Shown in pieces: positions 9,623-18,142 of a DNA stretch of 64,000 nucleotides. Numbering within the stretch: the stretch's first letter is position 1; every line of letters starts with the position of its first letter. The notes under the pieces were generated by a model. The model saw only the letters and a list, made by a program, of their open reading frames with translations. It did not search any database and was not told where the DNA came from. The stretch lies in IMG/VR virus record IMGVR_UViG_3300006805_000023. One strand, 5' to 3'. Made by a program: the position numbers and the translations under genes. This DNA is from a virus (Duplodnaviria > Caudoviricetes).

Positions 9623-10741
9623 GTGTTTTTTGGATCAATGCTGCTTGGCCCTCGCTTGCTGGACTCCCTCCAGCGACAATTCGAATGCGTCTGGACGGAC
9701 TCAAACGGACAAGTTAACGTAACTTGTCCTTTCTGTCAACTGAGAGGGATGGCCACACCCGATCTAAGCGGTCATTTAGGTCTCAACTTTGAGCTGGATG
9801 CGGCACATTGTGTCAGGTGTGACTGGGGCAGGAGAGGGCTGCGCGCCTGGCTCGGCAAGGGGTTTGGGATCTCAGGAATCGCGGCCACCATGCAAGAAAC
9901 CAGGTCCACACTGGACGGCTTGCGCAAACGCCTCAACCCACGCAAAGCCGTCTATCAGCTGGCACCGGCCAAACTCCCATCTGACTGCTTCTTCTTCGAG
10001 GATTGGCACTTCGATGAAAACTTTCCTCACATCCGGTCGCTGTTCGACAAAGGGATCACGAAAGAGGAGATTCTGAGGCACCGCCTAGGGTTTCAGGCCG
10101 AGGGGCGTTACGCGGATTACGTGATCTTCCCGTTTTTCGAGGACGACGAGGTAGTGTACTGGCAGGGACGCAGCCATCGCGACAACGCTGAGCTTAAGAA
10201 GGTCAACCCACCACCGTCTGAAGCCCCGCTCGGCAAGTCTCACTGGCTCTACGGGTTCGAGCAGGCCCAAAAGGGCTGCTGCGTCGCTATCGTGGAAGGG
10301 ACTCTGGACTCCATCACAACCACCAGCTGGCTGATCGGCCTGAAGGGGGAGGGCAATGCAGCTCTGGGCTTGAACGGTACCGCGATGAGCTTCCCGGATG
10401 GTGAGACTCACCCGCTCAACACTCACTTCGGCAGGCTGTGCAGTTTGGAGCCATCCGAGGTCTTAATCTTGCTGGACCGCGACGCCATCAAGAAGGGCGA
10501 GGAACTGGCCTTGCTGCTCGCCAGTGCTGGGCTCCCAGCCAGAGCCGTCCCCCTACACTCAGCCAAGGACCCCAACGACGCTGGCTCCGACAAACTCACA
10601 GCAGCCTATTCGGGAGACGCACTCGACCGGCTGCGCCAACGGGTCGATCAGGACACCGCGATAGTGGTACAGGCCCCCAAACCAACCAAGAACAGTAGCC
10701 TTGACCAACTGCGCGAGCGCGCACTTAGTTTACCCGTATGA
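9623..10741 (+). CDS. DNA primase (Zn-finger + TOPRIM)
   Basis: CPFC...HCVRCD zinc finger, YWQGRS, IVEGTLDS, LLDRDA, KDPND; start may be ATG 9638. Confidence 0.85.
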   Translation: MFFGSMLLGPRLLDSLQRQFECVWTDSNGQVNVTCPFCQLRGMATPDLSGHLGLNFELDAAHCVRCDWGRRGLRAWLGKGFGISGIAATMQETRSTLDGLRKRLNPRKAVYQLAPAKLPSDCFFFEDWHFDENFPHIRSLFDKGITKEEILRHRLGFQAEGRYADYVIFPFFEDDEVVYWQGRSHRDNAELKKVNPPPSEAPLGKSHWLYGFEQAQKGCCVAIVEGTLDSITTTSWLIGLKGEGNAALGLNGTAMSFPDGETHPLNTHFGRLCSLEPSEVLILLDRDAIKKGEELALLLASAGLPARAVPLHSAKDPNDAGSDKLTAAYSGDALDRLRQRVDQDTAIVVQAPKPTKNSSLDQLRERALSLPV

Positions 10742-11322
10742 TCACCTACGAAGAAGCACTATCAAACGGCATGGAAGTGGTAAACATCTGCGCCACCAAA
10801 TTCTGGACCTCAAACCGCGAGTCCTACCTCAAGTTCGGGTTTGACCAGGAGGACATGGTCGGGTATCTGAACGTGCACATCTTGGTGCGTCGTTACCTGC
10901 AGTATGCGGAAGACCGCCCCGACTTCTACGCAACGATCGAAAACTACCGGGCTTCCCTTTATGTCGCTTGCTGGAAGGCCTGCCTGGCACACTTCCGCCA
11001 GCTCAACGCCAAGAAGCGTGAAGCCGCATTCCGTCCGGGTGCTATGGTGTACTTGGACCAGCCCATCGGGGACGACAGCTCCGACACCCCGACGGTCGAG
11101 AACAACTTGCTGTTCTCCGTAAACGAAAGCATGGACGACTACGTCAAGCGCACAGCTGACACCCTGTTCGATCAACATGGGTGCCTTACCAGCCGCGTGT
11201 TCATCTTGATGACGTCCAAGGGGACAACGCTGCGTTACCTGCAGCACCTCGTGCCGGAGCCCCGTGATCGCCTCCAAGCGATCATGAGCACCATAAAAGA
11301 ACATCTCAGGAACTCCCGCTAA
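10738..11322 (+). CDS. putative sigma-70/ECF-like phage sigma factor
   Basis: GFDQEDMV, YVACWKACLAHFRQLNAKKR (region-2-like), VYLDQPIGDD, C-terminal helical region. Confidence 0.5.
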   Translation: MITYEEALSNGMEVVNICATKFWTSNRESYLKFGFDQEDMVGYLNVHILVRRYLQYAEDRPDFYATIENYRASLYVACWKACLAHFRQLNAKKREAAFRPGAMVYLDQPIGDDSSDTPTVENNLLFSVNESMDDYVKRTADTLFDQHGCLTSRVFILMTSKGTTLRYLQHLVPEPRDRLQAIMSTIKEHLRNSR

Positions 11323-11348
11323 CCAACGCCAACAAAGACCACGCCCTT

Positions 11349-11954
11349 ATGGACCCAGACCGAATCCGCAGTATCGTCGCACGCGCAAAAGCCAGAGGGC
11401 TCATTAGTCAAGCACCGGAAAGAGTGCCGACGCCGTTACCGGAATCGAGGATGTCGTTTGAAGAGCCTGTCGAGGAGTTGCCTGAACCGGGAGACAAAGA
11501 GCGCAACCGCAGACTCAAGAAGCACGTCAAGACTGGGCTCGATATGGACTTCGAGGTGCTGGCGGCCTTCATGAGCCTTGAGATCAATGCGGAGGTGTCC
11601 CCGCTACGGCTGAACACCATCCTCACAAAGCGGATCTCAGAAATGAAGTCGGATGGGTCCTTCCGGAAGGTGCCAAAGGTGGTTCTTGAAATGCTGGAGT
11701 CACTGCGCGTCCCGAACTTCGCTCCGGTGCGTGAACCTGAGTACACTGTCTCATCTCGCGGCGGCCTGTTGGTGGTGTCTGGAGACGGAGTCGAGTCAAC
11801 CCTGCGCAGCAAGTCAATCCAGGGTCTGTTGCGTCATTGCGAGTGGCAGATCAACGGCAACGACCTGATCCTGTCGGGAGGATTCGTTGACGCGTTCGGT
11901 CAGGAAGCCGTCAAACGCATCTGGCAGAATTGCCAGGCAGCCTCCCTATGCTGA
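11349..11954 (+). CDS. hypothetical protein
   Basis: 201-aa ORF with phage-like codon usage in a co-directional operon. Confidence 0.6.
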   Translation: MDPDRIRSIVARAKARGLISQAPERVPTPLPESRMSFEEPVEELPEPGDKERNRRLKKHVKTGLDMDFEVLAAFMSLEINAEVSPLRLNTILTKRISEMKSDGSFRKVPKVVLEMLESLRVPNFAPVREPEYTVSSRGGLLVVSGDGVESTLRSKSIQGLLRHCEWQINGNDLILSGGFVDAFGQEAVKRIWQNCQAASLC

Positions 11955-12322
11955 AGGCTCTCAAAGCCGTTATCAATGAGGTACGCAAGAACGACCAGCG
12001 GTCACTGGCGCTGGAGCTTGCCATGGAAAGCTGCGGCCAGCTTGGTCAGCTGGTTCGCACCATCGGCGTAGGGCCAACGCTATTGTTGGTCAAAGCGTTC
12101 GCCGGTAAGTCCCTGAAGATCCCAGACCTTGAGCAGTTCAGCTCTACTCTGGAGGCCGCAGCAGCTGCGGTGGAGGGGGACGGAGTTCCCCCGGTGATGA
12201 TGCGCAAGCGTTACTCGAAGGAGGTGGTCGCACGGGCCTCGCAGTTACGCACCCAGCTCAAAGAGGTGGAGCTTGCCAGAATAGCGCTGGTGCAAAAGAT
12301 GGATGCGCGAGATACAGACTGA
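11948..12322 (+). CDS. Mor/Mu-C-like transcription regulator domain protein
   Basis: LVRTIGVGPTLLLVKAFAGKSLKIP resembles the Mor family IG...L...FGG..IY.P motif; likely start ATG 11948. Confidence 0.5.
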   Translation: MLKALKAVINEVRKNDQRSLALELAMESCGQLGQLVRTIGVGPTLLLVKAFAGKSLKIPDLEQFSSTLEAAAAAVEGDGVPPVMMRKRYSKEVVARASQLRTQLKEVELARIALVQKMDARDTD

Positions 12323-12385
12323 CACGCTCTCGTTAGACGTCCCCCGTATCAAGTTCGGTCTATTCTCTAGGTGTAGGGGAACACG

Positions 12386-12733
12386 ATGCAGGCCTTCGCT
12401 AACAGCTCCAATCCGTTTGCCGACTTCATGCTGAGTCTTTTCAGCCGGGACGTTCTTCTGATGGACGCGGTGTCACAAATCGCCTGGGTGGACGGGAAAG
12501 ACGACTCAAAGGGTTACCTGCTGGTGCGGGTGCTCCCACGGTCCGAAGAATCGTTCGAAGACATCAGGGAACTGCTAGTGCAGGGCCTTGAAGACGCCCA
12601 GGAAGACGCCCCGTTTCCCTTCAGATGTAGCGGCCAGGCAGTCCAAGACTCGACCGGAAGGCGTAACATGCTGGTCAAGCTCTGGCAGAAAGTCAGCTCG
12701 CCAAAACGCCCACAACCCACCTCTAATCGCTAA
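12386..12733 (+). CDS. hypothetical protein
   Basis: 115-aa ORF. Confidence 0.5.
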   Translation: MQAFANSSNPFADFMLSLFSRDVLLMDAVSQIAWVDGKDDSKGYLLVRVLPRSEESFEDIRELLVQGLEDAQEDAPFPFRCSGQAVQDSTGRRNMLVKLWQKVSSPKRPQPTSNR

Positions 12734-12739
12734 CTCACC

Positions 12740-13216
12740 ATGCAGATCCTCCAACACACCCTCCAGGTCCCAACCGGCAACACTTTCAAGACTGCCGCTG
12801 CCTTCAAAAACAGCTCCGGCAAAGTCGGCAAGGTCACCTTCTTCTTCATGAATCAGACCAACGCTGGTCTGGACAACAAGGCTACGAAGGCCGAACCGAT
12901 CCTCGTCAACATCTATGAGTCCGATGACGGACGCACGCTGGGCAGCCCCCTCAACAATAGCCCCCTCGCGGTGGCCGGTGGTGCTGAGCAGCCCGTGACC
13001 GTCAAGATCTCCAAGGCCTTCATCACCCTCAAGCTCAAAGGCTCCAACGGCAAGGGCGGCAGCATGCGCGTCAACGCCTCCTACGAAGGCCGCCAGGAAA
13101 TGGGCCAGCTCGATGTGCTCTCCCTCGGCAAGGCCGGTTACGGCTTCGACGGCGGCACCGAGAACGGTCAGAGCGACGGCAGCTTCCCTTCTTACCCAGA
13201 AGGCGCTCCGGCCTAA
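12740..13216 (+). CDS. putative virion decoration/beta-sandwich protein (paralog A, no Ser tail)
   Basis: MQILQHT start and GKAGYGFDGGT...YPEG end shared with the next gene; YESDDG beta-sandwich motif. Confidence 0.6.
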   Translation: MQILQHTLQVPTGNTFKTAAAFKNSSGKVGKVTFFFMNQTNAGLDNKATKAEPILVNIYESDDGRTLGSPLNNSPLAVAGGAEQPVTVKISKAFITLKLKGSNGKGGSMRVNASYEGRQEMGQLDVLSLGKAGYGFDGGTENGQSDGSFPSYPEGAPA

Positions 13217-13243
13217 GCGGAGCCGGTATCCGGCTATTAACCA

Positions 13244-13272
13244 GGGGAGGCGGACTTCAGAAACGCCTCCCC
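13244..13272 (+). terminator. hairpin, probable intrinsic terminator
   Basis: GGGGAGGCG/CGCCTCCCC 9-bp stem followed by ttcagtttgttttc. Confidence 0.55.
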
Positions 13273-13304
13273 TTCAGTTTGTTTTCTGACTACCTCTATT
13301 CCTC

Positions 13305-13982
13305 ATGCAGATCCTACAGCACACGTTCCCCGTCGCAACCGGGCTTACCGCCAAAATCGCGGTGCGCCTTCATCAAGATGGCAAGGTCAATCAGGCCTCG
13401 TTCACCTTCATCAACAAGCCGAACCAGAACCTGGATGGCAAGACGGTCCACACCGACCCTCTGACCATTTCTCTCCAGGCCTCCGCTGACGGCATCAACA
13501 ACTGGGTCGAAATCCTCGCCCCATTCGCGGTGCCAGGCAACGGCCAGATCACCAAAACCGTCACCCTTACTGCCAACTACATCAACATCTTGGGCAAGAC
13601 GGCGAACGGCAAAGGCGGCTACTGCCGTCTCCACTGCTCGTACGAAGGCGTGCAGGATGGTGGTCAGATCGAGGTCATCACCTTCGGCAAGCAGGGCTAC
13701 GGCTTTGACGGCGGCACCGGTCAGGGTCAGACCCTCGCCCAGCCTCCAGGCTACCCAGAGGGTACCTTCATCGAAGCCGAAGAGTCATCCAGCTCCAGCA
13801 GCTCGGAGAACTCCTCATCCAGCTCGTCCGACTCATCCGCATCTTCGAACAGCTCCAGCAGCTCGGTCAACAGTTCATCCAGCTCCAGCAGCTCGGTCAA
13901 CAGTTCATCCAGCTCCAGCAGCTCGTCCAAGTCCTCGCAGTCCTCGTCCAGCTCCAGCAGCTCGTCCAGCACCTCCGCCTAA
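13305..13982 (+). CDS. putative virion decoration protein (paralog B) with C-terminal poly-Ser tail
   Basis: paralog of 12740..13216 plus about 65-aa Ser-rich tail (13785-13979) that includes an exact 30-bp tandem duplication at 13861-13920. Confidence 0.65.
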   Translation: MQILQHTFPVATGLTAKIAVRLHQDGKVNQASFTFINKPNQNLDGKTVHTDPLTISLQASADGINNWVEILAPFAVPGNGQITKTVTLTANYINILGKTANGKGGYCRLHCSYEGVQDGGQIEVITFGKQGYGFDGGTGQGQTLAQPPGYPEGTFIEAEESSSSSSSENSSSSSSDSSASSNSSSSSVNSSSSSSSSVNSSSSSSSSSKSSQSSSSSSSSSSTSA

Positions 13983-14002
13983 GAGGCTCAAGTCGTTTAG
14001 TG

Positions 14003-14036
14003 GAAACGGCCCGGTTTGCTCCGGGCCGTTTCTTTG
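14003..14036 (+). terminator. intrinsic terminator
   Basis: GAAACGGCCCGG-tttgct-CCGGGCCGTTTC 12-bp stem followed by TTTGT. Confidence 0.75.
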
Positions 14037-14044
14037 TACACTAC

Positions 14045-14073
14045 TTGACAGATTGACAAGCCTGTGTTACGTT
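14045..14073 (+). promoter_or_regulatory. sigma70-type (early) promoter, leaderless geometry
   Basis: TTGACA-17 nt-TACGTT with TGn extension; ATG 14079 lies 5 nt after the -10. Confidence 0.65.
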
Positions 14074-14078
14074 ATTAC

Positions 14079-14582
14079 ATGGCTAAAACTACCACACCCT
14101 ACGAACCCCAAATTAACGACATCGCTGCTTATCGCGGCTCAACTGGACTCGTACTCAGCCTCGGCGGAGTCGGCTCCATGCAAGACGTCCCACTCGGCTC
14201 CATGCAAGACGTCCCACTCGGCTCAACCGAGTATCTCAGCCACGAGCCCACGGTTCTGATGGTTGATCTCAGCATCATCAGCTCCGGCATGGACCGCCAA
14301 CTCCACAGCTTCCGAGTCCCGACCCGTTTGGTCACTTATGTCGGCAAATACAACCCAGAACTGGATGCGGTGGCTGCTGCACCCGTAGCAGTGCCAATCA
14401 AGGAACTGATCGTCGCCGACCTTCTCGGAGCCCCCGACGTCGGGATGACGATCTCACAGCTAGCAGCCTCTCTGCAGCGTCCGTCGGCTGCTATTCACAG
14501 CTCTCTGCAGAGCCTAAAGACTGCTGGACGGGTGGCTCAGCGGGAGACGCTGGAGTGGCATCTGCTGCCTCAGGCTGCGTAG
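14079..14582 (+). CDS. putative winged-helix DNA-binding protein
   Basis: C-terminal GMTISQLAASLQRPSAAIHSSLQSLKTAGRV HTH-like; internal 24-bp tandem duplication. Confidence 0.5.
   Translation: MAKTTTPYEPQINDIAAYRGSTGLVLSLGGVGSMQDVPLGSMQDVPLGSTEYLSHEPTVLMVDLSIISSGMDRQLHSFRVPTRLVTYVGKYNPELDAVAAAPVAVPIKELIVADLLGAPDVGMTISQLAASLQRPSAAIHSSLQSLKTAGRVAQRETLEWHLLPQAA
14170..14224 (+). repeat. exact 24-bp tandem duplication (GSMQDVPL x2)
   Basis: tcggctccatgcaagacgtcccac twice plus partial third copy. Confidence 0.95.
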
Positions 14583-14943
14583 GCTCGAACACCTCCCAGA
14601 ACCGCGACGGCGGGACCAGCTCAAGGAGTGTGGTCCTGCCGTCTCTCACGTTAGTGTTCATTCGCTCGGCAAACCGAACTTCGAGGTTGCAGCCACGGGA
14701 CTGCACCCAGTCGCCGAACACCCAGACCTCATCGCACTTGGCGAGCAACCAGAGGCAGGATGCCATGGCGCGGTTGTAGTTCTCGGCGTCGTGCGGAATC
14801 ACCTTCCCGAAGGCTAGAATGGGTGAGACCGGGATGAAGCCAGCCTCGAAGATCAGCTGGCCGATCTTAGCCTGAGCGTCGAAGTTGGCAGCCGGGTCGC
14901 CATGAGTCGTGAACGGGTGGCAGATGTAGATGGACTTTCTCAT
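14491..14943 (-). CDS. DUF4406/nucleoside deoxyribosyltransferase-like protein
   Basis: IYICHPF, PVSP, LLAKCDEVWVFGDWVQSRGCNLE motifs. Confidence 0.7.
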   Translation of the reverse strand: MRKSIYICHPFTTHGDPAANFDAQAKIGQLIFEAGFIPVSPILAFGKVIPHDAENYNRAMASCLWLLAKCDEVWVFGDWVQSRGCNLEVRFAERMNTNVRDGRTTLLELVPPSRFWEVFEPTQPEAADATPASPAEPPVQQSLGSAESCE

Positions 14944-14946
14944 GGC

Positions 14947-15294
14947 TTAGCGGGTTTCGACGACGAAGATGGCCCAGCTTGAGCTGGTAGCGATAGCCTT
15001 AGGGAGAAGTTCCCAGGACGCCGACTGGTTGAAGTCACGGTCGAAGTAGTGCTGCTTGTCGCGTGGGATGTAGCCGATGTCGCGACCACCGTGACACACC
15101 TTGATGGCCTTGGCGTCGTAGGGGTTGGTCGGCTCGCGCTCCAGCGTGACGCCTTTGGTGAGCTGGTACGGATCGACGTCCATGTGCTTGGAGCCGACGA
15201 TCGGAATCTTGACGATCCGGGCTGGCTCACCCTTGATCACGATGTTCGAGGCCTGCAGTTCTGGAGCGTGCAGCAGCTGTAAAGTGTCCCACAT
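14947..15294 (-). CDS. stand-alone HIRAN domain protein
   Basis: IVGSKH...LEREPTNPYDAKAIKV...IGYIPR. Confidence 0.8.
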   Translation of the reverse strand: MWDTLQLLHAPELQASNIVIKGEPARIVKIPIVGSKHMDVDPYQLTKGVTLEREPTNPYDAKAIKVCHGGRDIGYIPRDKQHYFDRDFNQSASWELLPKAIATSSSWAIFVVETR

Positions 15295-15298
15295 AGTT

Positions 15299-16426
15299 TT
15301 ACAAGTTTAGTGCAGAGTGACCTGCGTTTGGTTTGTGTTTAACGAGTTGCCTCGTTCTCGAAACTCGTGGGGACGATACGCTCCCACGTGCCCGGATAAG
15401 GATGTTCCGCGCACCAACAGTGTCCGCGTTGGCGGTGTGGCCGCAAGAGCCACACTGGAACTTCTCATTCGTCCGGTTGTCATTTGCTCGGTGACTGCAT
15501 TCAGGGCACGTCTGCGAGGTGTAGGCAGGGTTTACTCGGACAAACAGAACACAGTTCTCTCTGGCCTTTTGTTCAACCCTACCCAGCACAGAGGCATAGC
15601 GCCAAGGAGCAAGGAGTTTACGAAATTGTTTGCCGCGCTTGGGCTGCTTGCCTATCTTCAGGCCAGTCAGATCCTCGACCGCAACGGTTTTGAGAATACC
15701 CCAGGGAAGTTGGTTAACGCAGCGGTTCAGGTAACGATCCCGCGTGGTGCGAGCCCTACGCATCCCCTGGCCCCCTGGCTTCGCCATCCTGACGGCCTTG
15801 CCGATGGTCTTGAAGTCACGACCGATCAAGTTGCCGTCACTAGTTGCAAGAACAGTGCTGACCCCGCAATCCACGCCCAGCTCCGCACCCTCGGACCGCA
15901 GTGCGAGGTCCGGAATGTCAATCCAGAGGATGGCATACGCCCCTCTGTTTGTGAGACTAAGTTCGCAGCCTTTGGCAAGCACTGCCCCAGGCTTGCTCAA
16001 CCATTTATTAAGAACCTTCGTGGACTTCGCTGGGACGTTTATGCGGCAACCACTGCGCAGCGTGGAAACGCGCAGCCAGGTGTCGAACGCCTTGCTTGAC
16101 TTCCCGAAGGTGATGGAGACACACTTCTGGTTGACTTTGACACCGCGCTTGACCACAGGGCGGGTGGCCTTATTGACCGTGGCTCGTTGGGATTCCCGCG
16201 TCGCCTTGACTATTCCGAGCGCCTGTCGCAAAGCTGCAGCTCTGTAGTTGAACGGTAAGTGCCCGAGCGGCACAACGTCAGCAGTGGCCTTATCGAGACC
16301 GCCTTTGTTACCCCACAGAAACTTGATGTAACGGTTGCAGGCGCTCAAAAAACGCGACTCCACCGCCCGCAGCTTGCGCAGTTTGGACTCGGTGGCGTAA
16401 AGTTTGATTTTGACAGAGCGCGTCAT
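15299..16426 (-). mobile_element. tnpB: IS200/IS605-family TnpB RNA-guided nuclease (solo, no tnpA)
   Basis: RuvC-I GVDCG, RuvC-II AVEDL, VNPAYTSQTCPEC and CGSCG zinc finger, RuvC-III NADTVGARNI. Confidence 0.9.
15337..15400 (-). ncRNA. putative 3' part of the TnpB omegaRNA / element right end
   Basis: overlaps tnpB 3' end; AACGAG-GCAA-CTCGTT GNRA hairpin (15341-15356) and an upstream imperfect stem; boundaries inferred. Confidence 0.4.
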
Positions 16427-16469
16427 CGTTTGGTGTTCGCCTTAGAAAACAAACTCTACCTATTGGAGA

Positions 16470-16742
16470 ATGAAACAAGCAGCAGTCCAGGGTTCAGGGT
16501 GTCAAGGTAACACCGGGCCGTTGTACCTGATCGACTACGTGCCACAAGACCGGGTGCTGCTCAGCGGAGTCCCTCTGGCCACCAAGGCATCGCGAATCGG
16601 CTCCAGCGAGGTCCGTGAGGGCGATGAGCGCGTCCTAGTCGCCAACCGTTTCCCGGTCGCCGGTGAGGGTGACGCCATCGAGGGTCCGGTAGTGAGTGGC
16701 ACTATCAACCAGGATACCAGCGACCGTGTGCTGATCGGATGA
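16470..16742 (+). CDS. PAAR-like baseplate spike-tip protein
   Basis: ASRIGS...RVLVANRFPVAGEGD...SDRVLIG, 90 aa. Confidence 0.65.
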   Translation: MKQAAVQGSGCQGNTGPLYLIDYVPQDRVLLSGVPLATKASRIGSSEVREGDERVLVANRFPVAGEGDAIEGPVVSGTINQDTSDRVLIG

Positions 16743-16760
16743 TTTCTTGCTGTCAACCCT

Positions 16761-17651
16761 ATGATTCGATCCAACGTTGATTCCCTGCCGCCAGAGTTCA
16801 CCGAGTTCACCCTCCCATCAGGTGGACTGCCTTACCGAAACAACTTCCCGGACTTCCCGTCTGTAGCCAGGGTAGGGTCATTCACGTTCAAAACCGAGTG
16901 TATCTTGACCACTAACATGGACCTGATGGAGAAGATGGCCAGGATCACCAGAGACGTATTCCAGAACCTTCCGCCGAACTTCCCGATCGACGACCTCCTC
17001 GAAGAGGATCAGATGGTAGTCATGGCGCTGGCACGCGGCCAGACCTACGGCGAGTCTTACATCTTTGCCACTGTTTGCCCCAGCTGCAAACACCGCGAGT
17101 CTCACGAAATGAAGATCCCGGAGCAGCTCCCAGTCGTGAACTGGAAGTTCGACAGCCTGGAAAAACTGGAGGAACATCTGACCGTGGCGCTTCCCTACTC
17201 CAAGGACGTTGTGCGTCTGCGCCCCATTACGGTCGGCATGGGTAAGAAGAGCGTCAAGGGTAACGAGCCCGCCAATGCCCCGGCAGAGGGCGAAGCCGCC
17301 CCAGCAGAGGCGAAGCCGCGCTCGTCCAAGTCGGCCATTGTGAAAGCCACAGCGGTCGCAGCTGCGCCAGACAAAGTCAGCCTGAGCGACCTCCCCAAAG
17401 AAGCGTCGGACTTCTTGTTCGGTGTCGCTCGTAGGATCGAGTCGGTCAATGGCACCACGCCGGACTCCTTGCAGGAGGCAGCCGACTGGCTGTTGCGTTT
17501 GTCGGGTCGTGACCGGGTGGCTATCGAGGAACATCGAGTCAAAACCGCGTGTGGGATCAACTATGACATCCCAGTGAAATGCGATAACTGCGCTAACCAG
17601 TTCACGGCGTTCCTGCCGATTGCGTCGTCATTTTTTCGTCGAGGCCAGTGA
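16761..17651 (+). CDS. T4 gp26-like baseplate hub assembly protein/chaperone
   Basis: FTLPSGGLPY start, CPSC and CDNC Zn motifs, C-terminal LPIASSFF. Confidence 0.65.
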   Translation: MIRSNVDSLPPEFTEFTLPSGGLPYRNNFPDFPSVARVGSFTFKTECILTTNMDLMEKMARITRDVFQNLPPNFPIDDLLEEDQMVVMALARGQTYGESYIFATVCPSCKHRESHEMKIPEQLPVVNWKFDSLEKLEEHLTVALPYSKDVVRLRPITVGMGKKSVKGNEPANAPAEGEAAPAEAKPRSSKSAIVKATAVAAAPDKVSLSDLPKEASDFLFGVARRIESVNGTTPDSLQEAADWLLRLSGRDRVAIEEHRVKTACGINYDIPVKCDNCANQFTAFLPIASSFFRRGQ

Positions 17652-17712
17652 AAATGGCCGAGTCCCGCACGCTTCCTTGTTGACACGAAACCGGGCTGCG
17701 TACATCTCAATC

Positions 17713-17835
17713 ATGAGACTGTCAAGGTTTACAGGGACTCCGATGCCCTACTTCGAAACGATCCCGCTGTCACGCCTTCCAGTGTTGGAGGTGGAGCTAG
17801 AGGAACTCATCACTCAAACCAAGGGGCTGAGGTAG
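17713..17835 (+). CDS. small gp51-like/tail-chaperone-extension ORF
   Basis: MRLSRFTGTPMPYFETIPLSRLPVLEVELEEL; frame is open from 17620; typical small ORF following gp26-like genes; true start uncertain. Confidence 0.45.
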   Translation: MRLSRFTGTPMPYFETIPLSRLPVLEVELEELITQTKGLR

Positions 17836-17836
17836 C

Positions 17837-18133
17837 ATGCAAGACCTAGACGCTAAATGCCGCGAGATCCTCAAAGAGGAGCTAAAAAGACTGCTCGATG
17901 AGCACCGTGAGGTCCTTGATTCACTGCCTGATCGGTATCTCGAAGAACTAACCCTGTTGCGCACACTGAGCACAGTGTCGCTCACTGAAGCTCTCAAGTT
18001 TGACTTTGGGGATGCTGCTGGGCTGGCGTTCGTGTTGCAGCACGGAGGGCACGATTTTCCGGCGCTCCAGTTCATCACCAGACTAGACAAAGCGGTTGGT
18101 AGGCGGTTGACGGAGCTGATAGAGAAGCTCTAG
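17837..18133 (+). CDS. hypothetical protein
   Basis: 98-aa helical ORF in operon. Confidence 0.55.
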   Translation: MQDLDAKCREILKEELKRLLDEHREVLDSLPDRYLEELTLLRTLSTVSLTEALKFDFGDAAGLAFVLQHGGHDFPALQFITRLDKAVGRRLTELIEKL

Positions 18134-18142
18134 GTATAAGCA

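Noticed and set aside
9603-9631. TTGACA upstream of primase as an early promoter
   Set aside because: The position 17 nt downstream reads TTTTTT, lacking the conserved -10 A; too weak to call.
13861-13924. Tandem repeats as a possible CRISPR array (also 18695-19441 and 63770-63860)
   Set aside because: The repeats are contiguous, in-frame coding units with no unique spacers; no cas genes are present.
15317-16434. TnpB guide self-targeting its own 5' leader (shared ACCAAACG)
   Set aside because: Only an 8-nt match, not at the predicted seed start, and the guide boundary itself is uncertain.
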